NCBI RefSeq assembly: GCF_001194135.2
Contig: NC_068984.1
Coordinates: 122,206,996 to 122,270,995, forward strand
Origin: Octopus bimaculoides
Taxonomy: Eukaryota
Length of the DNA stretch: 64,000 bases
Reading direction: 5' to 3'
The translations under genes and the position numbers were made by a program. Positions 47,478 to 61,390 of this stretch are shown piece by piece (the first letter of the stretch is position 1; every line of letters starts with the position of its first letter). The notes under the pieces are model-generated. The model saw nothing but the letters and a program-made list of their open reading frames with translations, made no database searches and was not told the origin of the DNA.

Positions 47478-50469
47478 GTGTGTTCAATAGTGCCTCCTAT
47501 ATTATGACTTTTCCTGCTGCCATTGCTGCTTATTTTGCACTCATAACTGTCAATGCTATTGAGCTTGCTTTTTAGTTTACTTTAATTATATCTTTAAATT
47601 TCACAGAATCACTTTCATTCTAAAAATTCTTGCAATGAATAGGAAGTAAAAGAAAATATTAGTAACTATTTAGTTAGAAACAAGCATATATTTTCTGTAT
47701 TTTATTGGGATATTAATATACTTTTGAATACTTTCTTTTTATTTCATTTTTCATATGAGTTGGGATAGTAAAAAATTTATTTAGAATACTTGTTGAAAAA
47801 ACAAGCAGTATATAGATCACATAGACATCTTTATTTCTTATACCTGAATAATTTTTTTATATACTTAAGTTGTAATTATACCATGCTCAGCATTACAAAA
47901 CATTTTTGCATTCTTTCATCTAAATAAGGAATATTTTCAGTTGGGTGTCTTTCTTTATTTCTGCTTCTACATGGAGATAAAATGTAAAGTTTTTGACGGT
48001 TTTTATTAAAGAGAATAGTAAATCTGGCATAAGGCAAACCAACTGCTCTCCTACTTAATTATCAAATAGCCAAATTTATTAGCTAATTCCTGGAGTTATA
48101 TAGCTTCATTAAAACAATATACTTACAAAATGATTGTTGTATTTGTGTATGTTACTTAGGGGAGATAGGGTTACTTCAAATGTATTTGTTGCATTTCAAC
48201 AATTTTCTTAGTTGGTATGTATTTTTTATATATGGTTAATCTTTTATTTTAGCTAGCATTATGACACTCTTCAAAAGCTGTGATATTTGCCTTTATACTT
48301 ACAAATATTGTACTAGTATCTTTTAGTATCATACTTTCTTTGATGATGTATCTGTTTCTTCAGTAAAGAATAGAATCTTCTTCATAATTATTTGATAAGA
48401 ATGTATTTTTAAAATGTACACAGCAAGCCTGCTTCGGTTAACATTAAATTAATGACATATTGAACATTTAATTAGTGGTTTCTTGTGGCCTAATGAAGAG
48501 GAAGATTCTTCAACAATCTACAATTATGAATAAGGGAAGGTGCAAGCAGACTCTAATAAATTTAGATTGCTTCAAGTTTGATCTTTCAACATATTTTTTC
48601 TGATCAATACAAGAAGATATGTAGTTCTTTTTTGTAATGTAATTACACAACTCTGTTACTTTGCAAATAGATTATCAGTTATAATTGTGTTTATAGAAAA
48701 AGATGAATTTCAATGTTTCAAACATAAGTTGTTTGGGGTTTTTTTTTTTTTTTAATGTTTAGTTACAGCCAGTTACAGTTTGATTAAAGGTAGTTGTTAG
48801 TAAATAATTCGAATAATTATTGTATACATGAATACTAAGGTATAGCTTCAAAAATGGCTTTATTTCTAAAGTTGAATACTGCTTTATTCAATTTTATTTC
48901 GTGTATATTTTAGAATTGTTTTCAGAAACAAGACACAGCTGTTATTGTCAGTGTGTAATGTATGTTGAAAAACAATGAGTTGTCAGTAAATAGAACCTGC
49001 TATCTGGTTTTAAATGCCAGTTGAAATTGTTTCAGTTATGTTGCTGATAACTTATGTTAGAGGTCTTTTATGTTATAAAACAGTGGAAATTGCTGTAAAA
49101 ATAATGCTCTAGAAAATGATAGCTTTTGTATTTTGTTGTTGAATGTCAGCTATAAACTATGATGCACAATTATAAACTATGATACACATCTTCTTATGCT
49201 TGTTATATTTTTCTTAGGATTTCCTCATGCATTAATACCTGAGTAGTAATTTTTTTTTTCTTAACTAGTAATACATGTCTTATATATTTTGTTTGTGTAT
49301 TAACTAAGTAATATAGCTTTGTTGTAAATGGTATTGTTTTTTATCTTAGTCATTAGATAATCATCTACTTGACTGAGTTGTTAAGATGGTGATTTTATAA
49401 AGTCTCTTCCATTTGTCCAGAGTTATGTATAAATGTATAGTAGTGAAAAAAAGTCTAATACATTATCCTCTAAACATACAATATTGAATGTTAATTATAT
49501 CAAGTTATTTATACAATTATTTAAAACATTTGAGTTTATCAACAGCAGCTTTTTACTTGCACTCACAAGAAGACATTTTTTTATATTATGATTTTTTTTT
49601 TTTAATATTCAGTATTTTTAGCTGCATGTTTATATATCTACTGTTGCTTTGCCACTGGGTAAAAGGATTTCTCATTTTGTTTATTTTCATGATTTATTGA
49701 AGACATTTAAAAAATATTATTGCCTTTCTGTTTTTTTCTGCAGTCAACTTTCAAATGCAGTCACAAATTTCAAATTTTTGTTACAATTTCTATTCTTTAA
49801 AACTGCACAGGTTTTAATAGAAGTTAATTTTTTGTTATTGCGAGCTGAAAGTGGAATTAACATGTTTTAAATATTGTTTATTTCTTTGTTCATTTATGTA
49901 CTTAGTAATCAGTTATTTATACAATTTATTCTTAATAAATTTTGTGTTAAATGTTTAATTCTAAATGAATAAAATAGTTAATTTTTCTCTAAAAGGTTTA
50001 ATTTTAGAATCACTACGAAGTTATTAGGTATTTATACTGAATAAAATTCTTAAAATTGATCTTACTATACTTTTTACATATATATATAATGGCATTTAAT
50101 CAGCTTCTGTTTATCAAGTGAACATCTACTTAATTTTTAAAATTCTTATTGCTTACATTGGTATTGCTTAAAGACGAGTGTAGTAAGAGATTAACGGTTG
50201 CTTATTTCCATTTATTTACTCTACTTACTTAAGCCCTTTTTATTGCATCATAGGTCATTGATAACTTCCTTTCACTGTTCTTAACTCTGAGCTTTCTTTC
50301 TTCTCCCTAGGCTTGTTGGGAGATCTGGGAGAAGAAAGAATCTGTGTAAAATTTTCTCCTGTGTGATGTTGAGTTTAATGTCAGCCATCATAAGCAAACA
50401 AATTAAATTTCATTTCATTTAGCCAAAAGGTTTCTGATTAAGTCTAACAACATCCAGTTTTTATTCTCC

Positions 50470-51800
50470 TAACCAACAGAATGATGAATTGTCATTGATG
50501 TTTCTGTAACTTTGCTTGTTTTCTGTGTAGGAATGTTGGCCCTATGCAAACTTATTTTCACCTCTGGGAAGAGGTATTCCATATTGATCTGGTGTCTATC
50601 CTTTGATCTGTCCAGTATGGGAGGTCTTACCAGGAGCTTGCACCACTTGGCATTTGCTCTGAAGGTCATTGAAGCATATGGGTCACCACACTGCAATTCA
50701 AGCTATTTAACAGTAGAAAGAGAATTTTTTTTACTCAATATGATGTAAGCTTAAAAAAGAAAATTTTAAATTACCTAATGCATTTATTAAAGCTGTCAAT
50801 AAATACCATGAAAATGAACAAGAACATTTACCTGTAAGTATTTTTTTTTGCAACAGTATGGAATGTGTACATTAAAGTTTAAGAAGAATTAAATCATATG
50901 GTACAAATACTTGGTACCTGAAATTTCACCAGATCAAATCTGATGATCCCATTATCTTGAATGTCTTCCAGATAATGTCACTATCAGCTATTTTTTCCTT
51001 CTTTTAACTATAAAATTTCTTGGATTTTCTTTTTTGGCTTCTCATATCAATCCGTTTCCATAAAAATTCTATCAGATGTAAATCCAGTGATTAAGGTATT
51101 CACCGCAGCATTTGCATTTTCTTGCTTTCGATGAATTCTTCAATTATTCCTGCAGTATGCCTCAGGTCATTGTCTTACAGAAAAATCCATGATCAACCCA
51201 AATTACTCTTACTATATGGGAACAGTCCTTGACAAGATCTCCAGGTTAGCTCTACTGTTCTTGATGTATAAGACTGACTGCTTTTCCAGATATGCAACCC
51301 CAAACTGACATTGCCATCACCATGCTTATTCATGCACTCTGGGTAAAATTTTCTCCTATGATGTTGAGCTTACTGTCAGCCATCATAAGCAAACAAATTA
51401 AATTCCATTTCATATAGCCAAAAGGTTTCTAACTAGCCTAACAGCATCTTTTTTTTTTTTTTAAATACTCCACACCTACAAGATCAAATTGCTTTTGTGT
51501 ATTTTTGACAGTCTGTATATAGTATATCTGTTAAACATAATTCAAAATGTGTTGATGGTAGTAATTTTTTTTTGTTCTTCATCAACAAACGGTGAGTGCA
51601 TCAGTTCATCTTTTCAATAGTTTTCTCAGTTGCCCTGTGTAAGATGGTAAGAATGGCTGCTAGTCTCATTTTAAGTGTCTGCAGCATGGCTCAGCAGCAG
51701 TAACATTTAGCTTCATCAGCCATAGCTTGAAAAGAACATTTCAACAGATGCAGTTGGTCAGTTCTTGACCATGTCTGATAAGTTTTTTTCATTTACCAAT
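50470..51800 (-). mobile_element. Tc1-like transposon relic(s)
   Basis: Minus-strand KHGDGNV.(W)GC-like motif at about 51290-51327; RPPIL HTH-linker-like segment in ORF 50469-50696; heavily decayed. Confidence 0.55.
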
Positions 51801-52091
51801 CACAACAAATCTATTTGATGGTATAATCAAATAGTTATTGATAGTTTATCTTAGTATTAATAGTTATAGTTTTAATATTGAAATTAAAATGTTCTAAAAA
51901 TTAACTGTTCATTCTTGTGGCTTTATTTATACTGTCATTAATTGCATTATGCTAATTAAAATTGTTTCAACTCGCATCATTTAAAAGAATAAAAAGTTCT
52001 CTTTATTCATATATAGTTTGAAGTTATTTAATAAACAAATAATTAATATATAATCAATATTCTTGTCTTTAAACTGACACCACAATATGTA

Positions 52092-52123
<32 letters not shown>

Positions 52124-52694
52124 GTTTTAGGGAAAATAACCAAGTTTCAAGAAAACTCATCGATGAAAATCCACTATCACATATTTTATCTATAAAGCTC
52201 AATTTAATTTTGATTTTTTATAAATTGATTTTAATTGAGTTTTTACCTGTAATTTTGGATTTTGTCCNNNNNNNNNNTATATATATATACATACACAGAC
52301 ACACACACACACACACACATACACATATTTATTTATTTATTATCTAGTATCAGATTAATTTATTTCCTGTCCTGTATTTGAAAGGCTAATTTCATAATTT
52401 TATGCTTCAAATACTTTATTTGCTCAAATAACTTGGTATTTTATTTTAAAAATATAATTTGCTATTTTTGTCTTCACAATATATTTTGTTTGATGGTTGC
52501 CATGCTGACTTTTCAATATTGTAAGCTTCACTATTTTCCTGATAGTTAGCTTATGATAATCATCTAAATTCTTATTAGGCCATGAAATAATAATGCCAAG
52601 CTTCTTCATTTGTCTCAAACCTAACCTGATTATTTGCAAAAAAGATTAGCCATTACCATTAGACATAAAATTAATTTTTTGTTTTATTTTGCAG

Positions 52695-52846
52695 GCTGCT
52701 AATTTATCTGGATTAGATATAATTGCTGCTCAACAATATCAGCAACAAATGCTCCAGCAAATAGTTGCTGGTAGTTATTCTGCTCCTGAGCCTCCATTAG
52801 CATACCCAACCTCATCTGGTATCCTTGATGAACTTGGGCGTGAAAG
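52695..52846 (+). CDS. WNK: WNK exon 11
   Basis: ttttattttgcag|GCT; AANLSGLDIIAAQQYQQQMLQQ...LDELGRE(S); AG|gttgga; phase 0 to 2. Confidence 0.88.
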
Positions 52847-52949
52847 GTTGGATTTAATTCTTTTTTTTTCTTTTTTTTTCTTTCTTATTCTCTCTTCTCC
52901 AATTTCTGTTGTTCAGTTTAATTAATTTTCATTGCAATTTTGTCTCTAG

Positions 52950-53163
52950 TGAAAGTGATGGTTCTGCAGCACCTGTGATGGAAAAATCTAGAAGAAAATC
53001 TCGTGTAAAACGTCGAGAGAAAAAGGGTTTAAAGCTCACTATTCTTGCAGTAGAAGAAGCTGGACAAGAAGTTGAATGTAAATTAGATATTGCCAATAAA
53101 AATACAGTTACATACAAGTTTACTCTTGAAAATGATAAACCTGAAGAAATTGCTGACAATTTG
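52950..53163 (+). CDS. WNK: WNK exon 12 (CCT2/PF2-like domain)
   Basis: tgtctctag|T; ESDGSAAPVMEKSRRKSRVKRREKKGLKLTILAV...VECKLDIANKNTVTYKFTLENDKPEEIADNL, matching the WNK second CCT domain; TTG|gtaaga. Confidence 0.93.
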
Positions 53164-53391
53164 GTAAGATCTGTCTATTTATTATTCATGAAAAAGATTA
53201 CTTCTGCCCTTTCTTTTTTGTTTATTTTATTTACAAGTAAACTGAGCTGTTATAATCTAAATATATTTACTATGAAGAATTTGAATTTAAAAGTATTTCT
53301 ATTTTATAGTCTGAATAAAGATATTTTTTAAGACAGCTTTTGGAAGCTGTTTTCCAAGTTATGGTGTATGTAATGCTTTGATCTTTTATAG

Positions 53392-53580
53392 GTCGCTGAA
53401 GATCTTTTGCCTGAAGCTCAAGTGAACAGTTTTATTGAACTGATGGAAGGAGCAATCAAAGAAGTGAAGAATGACCCTACGAGTGCTGTTGCTTTTTGTA
53501 TCAGTGCTGCTAATACTCCAACTTCAAGTCCATGTGTTTCAAGAAAATCTAGGCATTCTGCTGAAATGGATTCTTCAAAG
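53392..53580 (+). CDS. WNK: WNK exon 13 (end of CCT2)
   Basis: atcttttatag|GTC; VAEDLLPEAQVNSFIELMEGAIKEV...AEMDSSK; AAG|gtgata; phase 0/0. Confidence 0.9.
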
Positions 53581-53973
53581 GTGATAATTTGTATAATTGG
53601 GGGAAAAAATGTTGATGGGAGAAACTGGTTGTGTGAAAAGCTTTGAAATTATTTGCGGGCATGAGGGGTGGGTTTTGCTTTAGTGGCCACTTTTTTGTCA
53701 TGAAATTAGAACTCTGGCCAATTTTTAATTGATATTTCTATAGCATTAAGTAGATTGGATTTAGTTGTTCTATTAATGGATGCCGGTTTTATTACAAGCA
53801 AGCTTTCCAAAGTAAACTGACAGCAAATCCAAAATAACTTGTGACACATGAAGAAAATGCGAACCCCTGACCCAAGATTTAGTGCTTTGATACATTCGTT
53901 TTTTAATAAAATATCACTTTATAAATTTTGTCTTTGAATTTTGACAATCCTGTATAATGTTTTATTTTATTAG

Positions 53974-54645
53974 AAACTTCACTTTGACCAATCTGATGAG
54001 CACAAGAGTTCGGATGGAGGAGATAAAGAACCAAAGAAGTCTCATTCACATGATCAGCAAGAATCTATCGTTGAAACCAAAAAGAAGAGGTTTGTTGTAA
54101 GTAAAGTTCCTGAATTCCATCCATTAGAGAAAAGACCAACAGAAGATGATGATGATGGTAAATCAACAACCGGAAATGCCTCTATTGAAAATCAAGAGAC
54201 TGAATATCCTGAGGTATCTGGACCTGCAAAAACTATGGTATCTGAATCTGATGCCTATCAAGAATTTGAAAGGCTGTCAAGGTCCCATTCCTTACCTTCT
54301 AATGTACCTATGGATTTAAATGATCTGCAAGAAAAACTTTCGCAACTGACTGCTTCCCAAAAAGCTAGTAATGGTACATTGTCTACTTCTGGTGCAACAC
54401 CAAATTCTATGGCTACTGAGGGACACTTGAATATCTTCTTACAAAACACACCAATGACCACTACACCAATGTCTGATGTAAGCAGCCTCTCAGGGTTGGA
54501 TAATGTTCAAAGCAAGCAAGATCAATTAACACCTGATCAACAACATCAACAGTTACTGGGTATGCTTACATCACAGCAACAACAACATGCTCAAAACTCT
54601 ATGCAGTCAAATTCTCTTCTGACTACCAAAACTCTTCCACAACAG
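53974..54645 (+). CDS. WNK: WNK exon 14 (RFxV motif, S/T/Q-rich)
   Basis: ttattttattag|AAA; KLHFDQSDEH...KKKRFVVSKVPE...TKTLPQQ; CAG|gtaatc; 672 nt, phase 0/0. Confidence 0.9.
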
Positions 54646-55644
54646 GTAATCTATGCCTCCAGTATTCAACTAATTGTTGCTAAGTCACACTGCCATCTTT
54701 TGTTTTAAATGTTTGTTTATGATATACTGAAAATTGTAGGTGATATTGCATCCCACTCCCATGGCATTGACTGGTGAAAGAAAACTGGCTGCATTTTGTT
54801 GTCCACCTGCCATTCTTAGTATGAAGGATTTGTGATGTCTGCATTGCAAATATCACAAATATATGTAATGGTTTTCAGGGTTCCTCTTGATATTTCTTAC
54901 TCTTAACAGCAAGATTTCACATCCATGAGGAGGAATAGGCATAAGAATCTTAGGTATCTCTCTGTATCCTTTTCTTTAAACAATAGAACACTTGCATTGA
55001 TAATGTGGGTTGCATATGGATCTACACAATTGGCTTTTTTCTATGAATTTTGAAACCTACATTAACTCATCTTTTAATAAATTTCATACTATTGATTTCA
55101 ATATATCATTTTAATACTCTGATCCTCCTATATCACTTGTATTATTTTCTAGTTCCCAGAATCTATCATTTTCCATTCATATTAAAAGAATTTACTGGGA
55201 AATGAAGATTTTTCAGCATGAGTTTCTACATTTGAAAATAAAAAGTTCTTAAAAGACAAGCAAAAAATAATTATATTAATTTGTTGATGAGGAAATACAG
55301 TTTGTGGGATCACTTTTTATAGATGACCAGTTGTTCCTCCATACAATTGCTATTTTTCCTCATTCTTCACAAATTGCTACAATAATTACTAACCATAAAG
55401 AGTGTCCTTGTTGAGTGATAGGAGGCTTAAACATATTCAGAAATGTATTAGCAGGTAGAAGCAAAAAGTGTTACATATTTAAAATAGATACATAGTCAGA
55501 CAAATACATACATATAGATAGACAGAAACATCTGTATAGTTAGATAAATGTAAGTGATGTCATAGATTGATAGAATAATAGGTAGATAGATACACACTCA
55601 GATGTAGAAAGATTGAAAACTCTATATATATATATATATAAAAA

Positions 55645-55682
<38 letters not shown>

Positions 55683-56949
55683 GCCAGTCCTCAATCAAAT
55701 CGTCCAACCCATGCCAGTATGGAAAGCGGACGTTAAACGATGATGATGATGATATATATATATATATAAAAGAAAGATATTCAAATTTCAAATTTCAGAA
55801 TAGTTGTAGTTAAGAGTTGCAAAAAAAAAAAAAAAACTACTGTGTTGGTTGCTTGATATATGGATCAATACAAAAGGGGAGTAAATGCTTTAATTGGTTG
55901 AATTATGCAACCTGATTTTCGTTATACACAAAGGAAAATTGTTGAAACAAATATATTCATAATACAGACATACTTACATATATATATAATCCATAAAGGA
56001 AATGTCCTCGCCCTGCTGCAGTCTAATAACCAAAATTAATAAAAGGATATATGAATGCAAGTTGACAGAGGGAGCTATATTGAAGCTAGTCTGAGAGAGA
56101 ACTAGCTAGATGTGATGCAGTTTGGATATGTCATGTGAGACCATTGAACTGATGTTGTCTTTTGGGTAACACAACTACACTAGAAGTTCTTAACTAAGAA
56201 CAAGCCACTATACGTCATTGATTTGAAGAACGTTTTTAATTGGGTACTATGTTGTGTATTCTAATAGTTTGTTACTAAGAAAAATGGGGAGCTGTGCAAG
56301 CCACATATAGAGCTACTATCAAATGAGTGTTAGCAACAATGCATGAAGCTTGTATATAAAGTGCAGTGTTCATGTTAGAGAGACAAGGGCACTGAATGTT
56401 GAAGATATTTGTAATATCAGCATGGACACTGGAGCACAAATGTTTTGTGGAAAAAAGCTGGTCATCAAAGGTATGCCCTATAATGTATAAGAGAGGGAGA
56501 GAAAGAGGGAAAATGATTGTTGGGTGATGTCAAATGATGCAAATAGAATGATCTTGCAGAAAAGAAAGCGTGAAGATGTGAGCAGAAGTGCAAAGGGATG
56601 GTCTCAACATGCTTAATTTCTCAGAGTAGATGAAAGGTCAAGAGAAGTGGAGAAACACTCTTCTGACCTGTCCTACCCCTACCATCTAGAAAAAGCAGGC
56701 ATAAAAATGATTGTTGTTGTGGTTGTAGTGGTGGTGGTCAGGTTGGATAGTTTGACATGGAGCTGTCCAGATTATAATTGTCTGTTGTGGCATGGTTCCT
56801 ATAGCTGGATGCCCTTCCTAATGCTGACCACTTTACAGAGTGTGCTGGGTACCTTTTACGTGCCACTGGCATGAGTGCATTCACACAGCACCAGGATCTA
56901 TAAAGGACAAGCCTGTATGTATGGGTGACAGCAATCTTACTTAGCTAGG

Positions 56950-57345
56950 CACATCTTCTCAAGTACAGCAAATTGCCACATCATTTCCTCAGTGAGGCCC
57001 AGCATCTGAAGATCCTTTCTCACCACTTAGTCCCCTGGGTCCACCCCTTTGACAGGTTACTTCCTCAATTAGAGCTTATCACTTCTTTATACAGCTTTCC
57101 TCATCCATATACATCACATGATCAAACCAGTGCAGTCTTCTCTCTTGCACACAACATTTGATGCTTCTTATACCCAATTTTCCACTTAAATTATTTACAC
57201 TCTGTCGTGTGTGCGCACTGACATTACCCATCCAACGGAGCATGCTAGCTTCATTTCTTTCAAGCCCATGTTTCACTGCCTTGTAGCATGGCTGTACATA
57301 TACAGGCATCATACAATCTGCCTTTCACTCTGAGGGTAGGCCCTT
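56950..57345 (-). mobile_element. RTE LINE C-terminal relic
   Basis: RNEASMLRWMGNV...KLGIRSIKCCVQERRLHWFDHV. Confidence 0.82.
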
Positions 57346-58174
57346 AGTTACTAACAACGATAGAAGCTTCCTTTTTTAATCTCCATGTTCTCTTCAAGAT
57401 GGCTTCTGTGCAGTAGGGTATATGATGATCATCAACATCATTTTAGTGTCGTCTATTGCATGCTGAAGTGGGCTTGGTGCAGCATTCTCTAATTGTCTCA
57501 CTCATGCAACATCACCTGAAGGCTGTTATTCTTAACTCTGACTTCACTGCTTATTCTTACATTTGCTGTGGTCAGTTGTAATCTTGTCACTTTTTCACCT
57601 ATTTAGTATTATGAATTTGTGCGTTCAGTTTAAAAAAAACTTCCATTTTTCAAAGTTTGAATGTCAGAGTTTTTTCCATCTTTTTTTAATTCTTAAGTTG
57701 CTTTTACTGTGGTTTGCTCTGCTGCTAACAGCTCAACATAAAGTGAAAACGGTTTTAAAAGTATTTTGGCAGGTATAACATAACAACTAGTGTCTCCTGC
57801 ATTACATGTCAATATCAATACAACTGCTTTTCCTGTGTTCATTGACCAGCGCAATTATTTCTAAGAGCTACATTTCTAACTTATCTGCAGAAGTATTAAA
57901 TATAACTGCTTTTAGCATATTGTTCTTACCATGATTAATGTAGTGTCTATGATACACTGACTATCATAGCATTGATATATTTGCAAAACAATATTTATTC
58001 ATGATTGTTATGTATATATTATACCAGACATTTTGTTTTATTTCATTCTTCATTTGTTAGTTGCAGTTTCTAGAAATCATAAAGTACAAATTTAAATTGT
58101 TTTCCTTCATATTATGCTTTTTAATGTTTTTCCTGCTAACATATTTTATTTTTTAAACTATATCTTTCGTATAG

Positions 58175-59671
58175 GTCCATCAACAAATATTATCTAACCT
58201 ACAGTCTCAAGATCAAAATCCAGTTTCTCACATTCCCCAGACACCAGCAACTTCTGGAAGCTATACTGCTGTTGATTCGAATCTCCAGTACACAACACAT
58301 ACACAGTTACCACAGTCTGCATATCCACAACACATTCCTCCCAATCAGCAACAGTTTCTATTGCAACAACAACAGCAGCAACAATTGTTTCAGTATCAGT
58401 ATCAGAGCCTTATTCTTCCTTGCCTCTATGCTGCTGATCCTTTTATGCATTTACGTATGCAGTTGTATCAGGTCTATAAAACAATGGAGCAAGTACAGTT
58501 ACAACAAGGCAATACAATACCTTTATTACCAAATTTATTTCCACCAATGTATCCATTCCCTCAAACAAATTTCTCCAATGTGCCACCTTCTGAAATGTCT
58601 TCAAGTGGTGTCACTCAGCCATCACCTCCTCAGTCTCCCTCTCAGGTTCACTCAGAAGGAGAATCAGCCCAATACCATAAACATAGTCATATGTCAGAAC
58701 AAGAACAATATGAAACTCCCACTGATCTTGCCAACCTTGAACAGGCTCTGATTGAAAAATTGCACATACATAAAAAAGATCCAAATCTGTTAGGCTCATA
58801 TCAGGCAACATCTTCAACATCTTCCATGACTACTGGAACTGGTGGCTCTGAATATGACTATCAGCAATCTTTGTCTGTTGAATATAAAGATGATGCAGTT
58901 GACCCTGTAGCATCAGATGTGGGCTTTAATGAAGATACTGTTTCTACAGAAGATACTCTAATTCCAGAATCAGACTCACTCACACCTCAACCAGCAAGTG
59001 ATCCTCAGCATCACATTAATGGGATGAATGAAGAAAATATTGCTTTTAGAAAATCTAGGTTTGTAGTCAGTACTGTGAAGGAAGATCCAGTGATAACACC
59101 AAATGCTTCAGAAGACAGCAGTCCTGCTCTGATGGAATCACCCCAAGCACTTCTAGAAGAAACTAAAGATGATGTGATTTCTGGTCCTCAACGATTCCAT
59201 ACTGCTAAGAAAGGCCGATTTCATGTTACAACAATGCAAGAAAGCCAACCATCTGCTGCTTCTAGCTTTACTAACACTCCTACTTCTCAATTACCTGATG
59301 TAAAAGGTTTAAGGGTCTGTACTTCTGCTGCTCAACTGCCTGAGGTAAATGTTTCTCTTGCTTTTAATTCAGAAGTTCCAACATTAACCAATACAAATTG
59401 CTTGTCTAACATTAGTTTTGTTGAGAGAGATCTAGATGTTTCTGTTAGTGATCCTTTATGTTTGTCTATACCTTTAGATACATGCCCAATAATAACACAA
59501 CAGCGTGCTTGTAGTCCTTTTCCTTCTCCACATAACATTCCCATCACTATTAGTTTGCTAAATTCAACCTTTCCTGCATCTTTAAGTGAATGTTCTACAC
59601 AGACCTCTCCTCAAATTCCTTCATATCAAAGAAGATATAACTCCTTCATGGATGGGATTGACTCTCAAGAG
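58175..59671 (+). CDS. WNK: WNK exon 15 (large disordered exon, two RFxV motifs); gene continues beyond the window
   Basis: tctttcgtatag|GTC; 499 open codons including poly-Q, RKSRFVVSTV and KKGRFHVTT; GAG|gtatct at 59672; no stop before the donor, and the C-terminal WNK coiled coil is not reached. Confidence 0.85.
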
Positions 59672-61243
59672 GTATCTAACAAAATTAGCTTTCTATTTCA
59701 TTTCACATAAATTTTGAGGTATAAATTGTAGAGATTTTAATTCTACATTTAACAGGTATTATGTAAATCTTTAAAAGGAAACATTACACATTTAATGTAA
59801 TGTCTTTTTTTAAATATGTTCTTAATTCATTTTTCTATATTTTGTAAGAGAATTTATTGGTTTTTCTAATTTTTTTCCTTACAATAAGGAAATTAAACCA
59901 AAATACTGTGAAGTATCACTATTGAAACTATACATAAAAAGTTCGGAGATTTTTATCTGGAAGTCTTTTCATTAGCTTTATAAATTGATTTTTTGGTTTG
60001 GTTAGAGTTGATTAAATATAGGTCTGTTAGTTTCTAAGGAATTTAAATATATAGTGTTTAAATGACAACAACCAGTGTCTTAATTTAGGTTTTCTTTAAA
60101 AAAAAAAAATTAAATTTTTGATTATTTTTGATCAGTAAATATGTTCATTAAATTTCTAGTTTTAGAATTCTAAGTTGAATTATTTTTCAAAACTTGTAAA
60201 ACATTTGTATGGTAGGAAAAATCTTTGATTTTACAGGAAGTTTAAGCTGTTTCACTTCATTTCACTTTTAAATCTGCAATTTTTGGCCATATCCAATAAT
60301 CCGTACAGGAACTGACTTTCTTGTGCTAAGTTGTTTGATTCAGTGTAAAAAATTTTGCTGTTGCCCCAATAATCCATGAATTCCTTTTTCTTAGTATCAA
60401 ACACAAAATTGAGAGGTTTAGGGTACCTGGGTGTCTAGTTGCCCACTCAACTAAGTATTGGTATAGTAGAAAAGGGGCAGCTCATTCCCACTTGAAGTTG
60501 TAGCACTACAAAAATTAACAAATTTACATTAGTTTATAATGTCATTGTCATCTTTGTTTGTAGATATAGATATGGGTTGAAGAAGCTTGCTCTGCCAAGT
60601 TGATTTGACACTCAGTATGAAAATGGAGACAACTTTGAATAGAAAGAATTAGCTTTGCCAAGGACATGTTGATGCCTCCAGTGCTAGTAATGTGATTAAC
60701 AATAGGAAAGGTATCCAAAACATGCCAAAAATGGAATGTGCAAGGAAGGTGTGTCCTCTGAACCAAATAAGAACTTAACTCCAGCCTGTGACAGCAAGTC
60801 AAAGTGGATATAAAATAATGGCGATGATGGCCATACATGCATGTGCATATGCATAGTGTAATAAGTGTGCTTAGGCACTGTTTCCTATTATCTTTTGTGT
60901 AAGCAGTGAATAATTCCTGGGTGATCCTGTGGCAGGTAATGCATAAACTCTGTGTCATGGTTTCATGCTGGTATCCGGGAACTTTACAGTATTAGTGAAG
61001 TTCTGGCCCAATTTCAGAACCTTTCATGAAAGCCAAAATTGGAATATTTCTATCAATTAAATCAGCCAAATTAGACACCTATCAATTGTAGAAAACTTAC
61101 ATCACATGATGATGACTACTCAGTTGCTCAGTCACCAGCAGATAAGCTGCCCTGCCACCTATTTTTTTTACTAAAAACAGATATTACAATATGAATAGTA
61201 ATTAGGTATAATTTAAAAGATTTTGTGTGTGTGTGTATGTAAC

Positions 61244-61278
<35 letters not shown>

Positions 61279-61341
61279 TTGCATAACTATATGTATGCAT
61301 ATATATGTGTGTGTGTGTTATTGAATGTGTATATAAATTTT

Positions 61342-61390
<49 letters not shown>

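Noticed and set aside
58272-58751. 159-aa alternative-frame ORF overlapping exon 15
   Set aside because: Expected by-product of CAA/CAG-rich coding sequence; same for 34215-34445 in exon 7.
60564-60830. Acceptor-like site followed by purine-rich, coding-looking sequence as WNK exon 16
   Set aside because: Stops in all three frames shortly after the AG and no WNK similarity; the next exon is probably beyond the window.
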